Origin: Octopus bimaculoides
Lineage: Eukaryota
Direction: 5' to 3'
Length of the DNA stretch: 38,815 nucleotides
Assembly (NCBI RefSeq): GCF_001194135.2
Contig: NC_068999.1
Span: forward strand, 23,300,754 to 23,339,568
Positions within the stretch are counted from its first letter, which is position 1. Every line of letters begins with the position of its first letter. The notes under the pieces are model-generated. The model made no database searches, had not been told where the DNA came from, and saw only the letters and a program-made list of their open reading frames with translations. The translations under genes and the position numbers were made by a program. This document shows positions 11,618-19,448 of this stretch, piece by piece.

Positions 11618-12060
11618 GTGAGTGAATGTATATTTCAGTGGTTGATTAAAGGTATTTTATGGTCTGACACATATGTGACATTTTGTGTTTGAAAAGTTGT
11701 TTTTGTTTTTTGTTTTTTGTTTTTGTACTTTTATCTTAGTTGATAAATGAGTTCTTCATTATAGACTGGGTCAAGGACGTGAATATTTCTTCTATGAATC
11801 ATTGTTTAACAGATGTGAAATGCTGTTTATGTTGGAATTGTGACAGTATCACATGTCTTCACTGCTTGCTTTGAGAATATGTCTGTCCTGAGATTGAACA
11901 TATCATACAGCATTCTCTTAAATGGTTCTCATTTTGTCAACATTTAATGGAACAAGGTATTTTCATCTATACATAATTCAATATATGTTGGCTGCCCAGC
12001 TATAAAGAATCTGAATTTTAGTTTTATCTTATTTTTCTTCTTTTTTCCTCTTTTTAACAG

Positions 12061-12102
12061 TGTTTCCACCTTTGGGATTTGGATGTCAGAGGATTTCATA
12101 AG
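12061..12102 (+). CDS. POMGNT1: POMGNT1 coding exon (42 nt; CFHLWDLDVRGFHK)
   Basis: A long polypyrimidine tract and aacag| precede it, and |gtgagg follows. The WDLDVRG motif is conserved in POMGNT1. Confidence 0.94.
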
Positions 12103-12141
12103 GTGAGGATACACATCTTCATGTCAATGTCTTACAATTAA

Positions 12142-12270
12142 CCTTTAGCTCGTTTAGGCACATCATGTTGTTGTATGAGTTTTCTCCCCTGTAGCTACAG
12201 GTACGTTCTGTTACATTGAGAGGGGAGAAAACACGTGTAGCAACATGATGCACCTACAGTTTGCTAAAGG
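12142..12270. mobile_element. 129-bp foldback MITE with TTAA TSD
   Basis: TTAA|CCTTTAGC ... GCTAAAGG|TTAA. Internal arms ATCATGTTG/CAACATGAT and GTTTTCTCCCCT/AGGGGAGAAAAC are complementary. Confidence 0.8.
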
Positions 12271-12639
12271 TTAATAATTAACTGATATCTACTATGATCC
12301 ATTTAAAATAGTGTTTTTAATCTCCTCTAATCAGTTTCCTTCTGGAATTACATATTTTGAATCCTGTCAAAAAAGAATTAAATGTTTCATCATTTCTTAA
12401 TGTCCACTTTACCATGCTTGCACGGGACTGACACAGTTTGTTGAGAGAAATTTTCTACAACAGGATGCCCTTCTTGTCACTTACCCTCAACTGTTCCAAA
12501 CAAGGTTATATTTACCCATAGCTAGACATGTTTTTCTTGAAAGACTGAAAACAAGCATCACCACTTATGTGATAGTGATACTTTTTTTACAGCTATCACA
12601 TGATGTCAAGACAAGGGTACACCCAAAGACACACATACA

Positions 12640-12810
12640 CGACCTGCTTCTTTCTGTTTCCATCTAACAAATCTTCTTAGAAAGGTTTTGTCAGCCCAGA
12701 ACTATAGTTGAAGATACTTACCCGAGGTGCAATTGGGAGTGCAGTGGGACTGAACCCAAGATCACATGGTTGGGAAGCAAGCTTCTTAGCCACACAGTTA
12801 CACTGTGCTC
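12640..12810 (-). mobile_element. SINE family A, 5' part
   Basis: Reverse complement of the family-A head (CTGTGTGGCTAAGAAGCTTGCTTCCCAACCATGTG...GGGTTCAGTCCCACTGC). Confidence 0.7.
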
Positions 12811-13337
12811 CAATGTTTGTTTTGGTTTTACAGCTGGATGCCCTTCCTAATGCCAACCATTTTATGGCATGCAGTGGATGCTTTTTTCATGTCACCAGCA
12901 CTAGTGAGGTGACCATGCAGCTTGCAGGACTACAAACTCCTAGGAGATAGCTTTATTCTTGGAGCAGTGGGTGGGTAGATTGTATAAGAGAAGGGGCCAG
13001 AGGACCTACATGACTACTTACATTTTTAGAAGGTAGGACGGGGGTAATTGAGTGGAGCTGGAAAGGGATAAAAAAATAATGGTGTTGAGATGTCAAAGTG
13101 GACCTTCAAGGTATGAGCTAAGTAGTAGTGATTGGGACAAACGGAACAGGAATTTGGTGGGGTTATACATGTGAAAACATTGACACGTAAATATTTCTTC
13201 TCTTTGAGGTAAAAAGACTGTAGTGGAATGGCAACTAATTATTAGTACATATAATAATTGAAATGGAACTAAAAATAACAATCAGTGTGTATTGCAGTTT
13301 TGAAATGTTTGCTAAAACTATGCCTTTACTTTTTCAG

Positions 13338-13405
13338 AGTATGTGGAGGCTGTTCTTAAAGACGAACCATTTAATTATCATTGGGTCACCAGCATCCCCT
13401 TACTC
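13338..13405 (+). CDS. POMGNT1: POMGNT1 coding exon (68 nt; SMWRLFLKTNHLIIIGSPASPY+TC)
   Basis: Boundaries are ttttcag| and |gtaagt. It aligns with human GLWRLFRKKNHFLVVGVPASPYS as recalled. Confidence 0.94.
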
Positions 13406-13460
13406 GTAAGTATGATTTCTATCACTTCCCTTCTTCTCGTCAGAAAAGTTTTATTCATAG

Positions 13461-13768
13461 GCACAGCTGTGTGGGAAGAAGCTTGCTTCCCAACCATATG
13501 GATGGATCCGGGTTCAGTTGCACAGTGTGACACCTCAGGTCGATTAAAGTTTTGTGACTTGTGAGTAGATTTGCTAAACAGAAACTGAAAGAAGCCCATC
13601 CTCTGTGTGTTCGTTTGTCCCCCCCCCCCATCACTACTTGACAACAAGTGTTGGTATGTTTACATCCCTTTAACTTGGCTGTTCAGCAAAAAGAGACCAA
13701 TAGAATAAGCACCAGGCTTAACAAAATATAAGTACTGGTGTTGATTCATTTAACTAAAAATTCTTTAA
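13461..13768 (+). mobile_element. SINE family A, 3'-truncated at the junction with an RTE RT fragment
   Basis: Head and body match family A (GAAACTGAAAGAAGCCC, AGAGACCAATAGAATAAG) and stop at ...AAATTCTTTAAG. Confidence 0.75.
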
Positions 13769-14430
13769 GTCAGGGGTTTGTGATGTGTTCGCCTTCCTAC
13801 TTACTAGGACTTTGGTTTTTGCAACATTGACTCTAAGGCCCTTTGTTTCTAAACATTGCTTCTGCACTTGAAATTTCTTCTCTAGTTCTGGTAGTGATTC
13901 TACTATGAGAGCAAGGTCATCAGCATAGAGGAGCTCCCAGGGGCAGCCCATCTTGAATTCCTCTGTTATTGCCTGGAGGACTATGATGAATAAGAGGGGG
14001 TTGAGGGCTGATCCTTGGTGAACCCCTACTTCTACCTGGAATTCTTTGCCATACTCATTGCTGACCCTTACCTTACTAACGGCATTACTGTACAAGGCCT
14101 GTACAGCTTTTATTAACCACTCGTCAATCCCCAGTTTCCTCATCGCCCACCAGATAAGGGATCGGGGGAGCCTGTCAAAGGCTTTCTCCAAGTCAACAAA
14201 AGCCAAGTATAGGGGATTATCTTTGGCTAGGTATTTCTCCTGCAGTTGCTATACCAGGAATATAGCATCAGTGGTGCTTCTACCTGGCACAAAACTGAAC
14301 TGCATCTCATCTAAGCGGACTCTCTCCCTAGTTAGTTGGGCTATGACCCTCTCCATGACTTTCATCACCTGATCCAGCAGTTTGATACCCCTGTAGTTAT
14401 TTCTATCTAATGCATCACCTTTACCCTTGT
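13769..14430 (-). mobile_element. RTE-clade LINE reverse transcriptase internal fragment (frameshifted)
   Basis: YKGKGDAL...NYRGIKLL, QFSFVPGRSTTDAIF, AFVDLEKAFDR, VGVHQGSAL.PLLF and LLYADDL. Confidence 0.95.
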
Positions 14431-14474
14431 ATATATAAATATATATATATATATGTAGATATATATATACTAAT

Positions 14475-14700
14475 GTTTTTCTGTCGTTGTTGATGATGAC
14501 CATGGCATCACATGGGAGGAGGTGGGTTACAGTGTGTCCAGCTTTGGTTAATCAGACCAGTGGCTGCTTGGAAGGTTCTGCCGCATGTCAGGCACTGGTG
14601 GCCTGCTGGGAATGAAGGCAAGGAATTGGCCCTGGACTTGCGCAGCTCACAATTTCCTTTGTGCTCCTGCAATCCTCTCTTGTTTGTAAGAGATGGCACC
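14475..14700 (-). mobile_element. 3' end of a second RTE-type LINE family (C-terminal zinc knuckle)
   Basis: CLTCGRTFQAATGLINQSWTH matches the CxxCGRxFxxxxGLxSHxRxH end of RTE/BovB-like ORFs. It is followed by GCCATGGTCATCATCAACAACGAC. Confidence 0.6.
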
Positions 14701-14754
14701 TCTGGTGGTGGAGCTATGCCAGGCAGGGCTGTCTTGTGCTTTCATTTCTCAGGT

Positions 14755-14812
<58 letters not shown>

Positions 14813-14816
<4 letters not shown>

Positions 14817-15160
14817 CATGGTACAGTGGCTAGAGTGTCAGGCTCACAATCATGATGTAGTGAGTTTGATTCCCTGACCAAGCTGTGTATTGTGTTCTTG
14901 AGTAAGACACTTTATTTCACGTTGCTCCAGTTCACTCAGCTGTAGAAATGAGTCGAGACGTCACTGGTGCCAAACTGTATCAACCTTTGCCTTTCCCTTG
15001 GATAACATCGGTGAAATGAAGAGAGGAGGCTGCTTTGCATGGGCAACTGCTGGCCTTCCATAAACAACCCTGCCCGGAATTGTGCCTCGGAGGATAATTT
15101 TCTAGGGAAAGACAATTTCCCAAGGTGCCATGAAGTGGGACTGCACTTGAGACTAATCTC
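14813..15160 (+). mobile_element. tRNA-derived SINE, family C
   Basis: A-box-like TGGTACAGTGG (14819), B-box-like GAGTTTGATTC (14862), then CTTGAGTAAGACACTTTATTTCACGTTGCTCCAGT. Homologues lie at about 29300-29530 (-) and 33470-33745 (+). Confidence 0.7.
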
Positions 15161-15819
15161 AAAAGACATCAAAATATCTATCAGTCATTGTTATGGTAGT
15201 TACCACTGCTTCCTCCTTGTCCTCTTCCTCCTCCTTTTTATCTTCCTATATTCTCAGTTTAAATCCTAATGAGATCGGCCATACAATTTCACCAGGACCA
15301 CTTCATCTCTCATCCTCACATTCAATTCAGTGCCTCCACCATCATTTTAATTCCTGTATCTGCACCACCATTGTCCTCTCTTCTATCACCACCACTACCA
15401 TCATCATCACTCATGCCACCATCTTTTTGCTTCTCTTTTACCTTTGCATTGTAGCACCTTTTCCATCTCTCACCATCATCACATTCACTGCTAATCCCCT
15501 TCCATATCATCCCATTCTTCTGTTGCCAACCATTATCCTCAACACTTTAGTCTTCTGCTATTATCATCATCATCTTCACTTCACTCCAGTGTTGTACTAT
15601 CCTCAAAACACCATTCAGTAAATTCTTGGAATTGTGCTGCAAGGGAGATGTTGTTACCACTGCTCCTTTCACTGTTAATGTTGTTGCTTATATGTCTGTA
15701 GATTCTCTCTACTCCACTCCTCATTCCCACATATATACACACACATATATATATATACATATATGTTTGTGTGTGTGTGTGTATATATATGTATATATAT
15801 ATATATATTTATATATATA

Positions 15820-16230
15820 CTCTTTTACTCTTTTACTTGTTTCAGTCATTTGACTGTGGCCATGCTGGAGCACCGCCTTTAGTCGAACAAATTGACCCCA
15901 GGACTTATTCTTTGGAAGCCTAGTACTTATTCTATCGGTCTCTTTTGCCGAACCGCTAAGTTACGGGGACGTAAACACACCAGCATCGGTTGTCAAGCGA
16001 TGTTGGGGGGACTAACACAGACATACAAACATATACACATACATACATACACACATATACATATATACGACGGGTTTCTTTCAGTTTCCGTCTACCAAAT
16101 CCACTCACAAGGCTTTGGTCGGCCCGAGGCTATAGTAGAAGACACTTGCCCAAGGTGCCATGCAGTGGGAATGAACCCGGAACCATGCAGTTGGTAAGCA
16201 AGCTACTTACCACACAACCACTCTTGCGCC
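15820..16230 (-). mobile_element. Full-length, young tRNA-derived SINE, family A (about 410 bp)
   Basis: Starts GGCGCAAGAGTGGTTGTGTGGTAAG and has B-box-like GGTTCATTCC, an internal (TA/CA) microsatellite and an (AAAAGAGT)n tail. CpGs are retained. Confidence 0.85.
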
Positions 16231-16238
16231 TATATTTT

Positions 16239-16245
16239 AAAAAAA
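16239..16245 (-). terminator. Pol III terminator (T7) at the 3' end of the 5S copy
   Basis: Seven A's on the + strand read as TTTTTTT directly after the 5S sequence. Confidence 0.7.
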
Positions 16246-16364
16246 TGCTTACAGCTCCTAGGTTTCCCAAGCAGTCACCCATCTAAGTACTAACTAGGCT
16301 CGATGCTGCTTAACTTCGGTGATCGGACGAGAACCGGTGCTTTCAGTGTGATATGGTCGTAAGC
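16245..16364 (-). pseudogene. Dispersed full-length 5S rRNA copy, probably a pseudogene
   Basis: The reverse complement reads GCTTACGACCATATCACACTGAAAGCACCGGTTCTCGTCCGATCACCGAAGTTAAGCAGCATCGAGCCTAGTTAGTACTTAGATGGGTGACTGCTTGGGAAACCTAGGAGCTGTAAGCA. This is an unmistakable metazoan 5S sequence. Helix II has two mismatches and helix I has one. Confidence 0.92.
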
Positions 16365-16395
<31 letters not shown>

Positions 16396-16697
16396 CAATA
16401 TTATCTACCTGATGAAGTACTGGCACCCAGCTGTTGCTGCATCATGTTTGTTTATGTAATTATTTATAAAATAATGTTATGTAGTGATATGAGAATGAAA
16501 ACTCAGCAATTTGCAGCTGTTGCACATGTAATTTGTAATTAAAACCTGTTAATTCTTCTTCTGGTATAAATTTTAGTATGTATGTATGTATGTGTGTGTG
16601 TGTGTGTGTATGTATACATACATATATATAGCTTTGCTCGATATACATACATATATATATATATAAAAACAAATAGTAAATGAGTATATGCATATAT

Positions 16698-17210
16698 ACG
16701 TACAGGTATGTGCATACCGACATCCACCTGTATGTATAGGTGCATATCTGGGTACAGGACATTGCAAACAAACGTAGACGAGAACACACGAGCCACATAG
16801 AGAACATCTCCTTCATCAGCCACCCACGTTTTAACACCGGCGTTTCGACGAGCTTGGGCAGGACGCATCGCTAAAACGGCTCGTCCCATGGATCGCAGAT
16901 TAAATTTGTATACGCAAATTAAATCTCGCCATGGAGGAATGTAGTGGCGGACAAAAAACAAGACAGGAAAACAAACAGAAAAGGCTTTACGGCCAGACGA
17001 GAAAAATGATGTGTGTAAGAACGCAATGAGGCACGGACCCGAGAGAGACAAAGTGGTGCGTGCGTTGCTTGGCGAAAGCCAAGGAAGGAAAGGATTATTG
17101 ACCGGAAGCATGTGACCATGCCGGTGTAAAGGGAAGAGAGAGAAACAGAGGGAGGAAGTAGAAGAATAGGTGAGCAACGAGAGGAAAAGAGAAAGAGAGG
17201 AAAAACTAGG
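16698..17210 (-). mobile_element. CpG-rich interspersed element with hammerhead-like core motifs (Penelope-like terminal repeat candidate)
   Basis: About 510 bp, bounded by (TA)n tracts. It contains CGAAAC and CTGATGAAG on the - strand. The class is inferred only from these motifs. Confidence 0.4.
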
Positions 17211-17241
<31 letters not shown>

Positions 17242-17765
17242 NNNNNNNNNNNNNNNNNNNNNNNNNNNNNNNNNNNNNNNNNNNNNNNNNNNNNNNNNNN
17301 NNNNNNNNNNNNNNNNNNNNNNNNNNNNNNNNNNNNNNNNNNNNNNNNNNNNNNNNNNNNNNNNNNNNNNNNNNNNNNNNNNNNNNNNNNNNNNNNNNNN
17401 NNNNNNNNNNNNNNNNNNNNNNNNNNNNNNNNNNNNNNNNNNNNNNNNNNNNNNNNNNNNNNNNNNNNNNNNNNNNNNNNNNNNNNNNNNNNNNNNNNNN
17501 NNNNNNNNNNNNNNNNNNNNNNNNNNNNNNNNNNNNNNNNNNNNNNNNNNNNNNNNNNNNNNNNNNNNNNNNNNNNNNNNNNNNNNNNNNNNNNNNNNNN
17601 NNNNNNNNNNNNNNNNNNNNNNNNNNNNNNNNNNNNNNNNNNNNNNNNNNNNNNNNNNNNNNNNNNNNNNNNNNNNNNNNNNNNNNNNNNNNNNNNNNNN
17701 NNNNNNNNNNNNNNNNNNNNNNNNNNNNNNNNNNNNNNNNNNNNNNNNNNNNNNNNNNNNNNNNN
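17242..17765. other. Assembly gap with duplicated flanks
   Basis: 16960-17241 reappears identically at 17766 onward across the N run, the pattern of a scaffolding overlap. The same applies to 9911-10015 versus 10026-10130 across 10 N. Confidence 0.85.
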
Positions 17766-18016
17766 AAGACAGGAAAACAAACAGAAAAGGCTTTACGGCC
17801 AGACGAGAAAAATGATGTGTGTAAGAACGCAATGAGGCACGGACCCGAGAGAGACAAAGTGGTGCGTGCGTTGCTTGGCGAAAGCCAAGGAAGGAAAGGA
17901 TTATTGACCGGAAGCATGTGACCATGCCGGTGTAAAGGGAAGAGAGAGAAACAGAGGGAGGAAGTAGAAGAATAGGTGAGCAACGAGAGGAAAAGAGAAA
18001 GAGAGGAAAAACTAGG

Positions 18017-18059
<43 letters not shown>

Positions 18060-18074
18060 GTGATCTTCACACAC

Positions 18075-18240
18075 AATGAGGTTCCACACAGTTTCTGTCT
18101 ACCAAAATTCACTCACAAAGCATTGGTTGGCCTGGAGCTATAGGGAAGACACTTGCCCAAGATACTGTGCAGTAGGATTGAACTCAAAGCCATTTGGTTG
18201 CAGAGTAATCTTCTTAACCACAGTGTTATGTCTGAACCTA
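18075..18240 (-). mobile_element. SINE family A, 5' part
   Basis: GTTTCTGTCTACCAAAATTCACTCACAAAG...GAAGACACTTGCCCAAG...CTTCTTAACCACAG. Confidence 0.65.
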
Positions 18241-19375
18241 TATATATATATACACACACACACAAACACAATACAGGTATTTGTCCAACCCATGCAATCA
18301 TAGAAAACAGATGTTAAATGATGTTGATGTGTTTATTCTACGTTTCCCTTTGTGATCTCTGATGCTGTTAGCTATGTTTCCAGTGAGCCAGTCACTGGTT
18401 CACTGCAGCAATAGATGTTAGAATGACATAGGGACAACTTACCTAGCTTTTCATATAGATGCTTCATCATTGTTTGTATATTTACTTTTACCATGCTGGC
18501 AAGGGTCGGACAAGACTTATTGAGGCAGTATTCTATAGCTTGATGACCATCCTGTCACCAATCTATATCTCTATTTTGAGTAAGGTTTTTGTTTTTACAT
18601 TCCATTGATATTCCTGCTTTGAAACTGCTGGGCTACAGAATGTATTGCTTAAAAGAGACATAAACATCACCATGCATGTGCTAGGCTTCTGTATAATTTC
18701 CATCTACCAAATTTTACTTGCAAATTATTTGTTAAACCAATGTCATGGTAGAAGATATTTGCCCAAGGTGAGTCCAGCTTTTTACCACATGCCTGTTACC
18801 ATAGCTGAGCTAATGAAGTGTTTCACTGCTAGTTAAACTGCCCACAGTGTTATGTTTGTGGCAGAGATAACTCTTAGCAGTCCCAATCTACCTACCTGTA
18901 AATATATACCTTGTGGTTATGTTATTCTCCCGTGTAAGTGTCAGCAGCCTGCAGTGCATCTTCTGAATATTTCCTGGCAAAGTATGCACCCTGTTAAGCT
19001 AATTTAGTGATTCTCAATTAGTTTTTCCCTATCAACCCCTTTGATTCCTGTTTAACTCAGATCAACCCTCAGAGCCATTCAATGTTTAAAAAAATTATTA
19101 AGAATTATATGAAATAAGAGTTAAAATACTTTGTGTATTATAGAAGTATAACCAATTTATTGCACATAAATTTTAACGACAAAATCTTATATGGACCCCC
19201 AAGGATCATATGGACCTCACTTGAGAACCATTGCATTTGATACACAATGTGAAAGCAAGATCTTCATATATTGATCCTCCCATTTGTTATTACTTCATTC
19301 CAATCATGTCCTAAACCCCAAGTATAACTTGTATCACTTGCATGTTATCTTATTTTACCTTATATTTCTTTCCAG

Positions 19376-19448
19376 GGAATATATGCCTGCCAACATCCTG
19401 CCTATCTATTTGAATGACAGTGTTCCATTTCGGAAAGACGGACAGTGA
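19376..19448 (+). CDS. POMGNT1: POMGNT1 terminal coding exon (G+EYMPANILPIYLNDSVPFRKDGQ*)
   Basis: Acceptor tttccag| completes the phase-2 codon TC+G. P...PI.L resembles human KPPSVTPIFL. Stop TGA is at 19446-19448. Confidence 0.85.

Noticed and set aside
15190-15620. 142-aa His/Thr/Ile-rich ORF, and the similar C/A-rich tract at 5080-5420
   Set aside because: These are degenerate (CAT/CAC)n low-complexity sequence.
16790-16890. Fit of the pseudoknot to HDV-like, twister or pistol ribozymes
   Set aside because: The stem order partly resembles HDV P1/P2, but P3/L3, P1.1 and the J4/2 cytosine are missing. CCCAAGC recalls twister L4, but the other elements do not fit.
16960-18060. Apparent tandem duplication or LTR pair around the gap (also 9911-10130)
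   Set aside because: The copies are identical and abut N runs, the usual signature of an unmerged contig overlap. Long reads would be needed to treat them as real.
16539-18112. Long ORFs of 221-413 aa in the ORF track
   Set aside because: They are open only because they run through the 524-N gap and (TA)/(CA) microsatellites.
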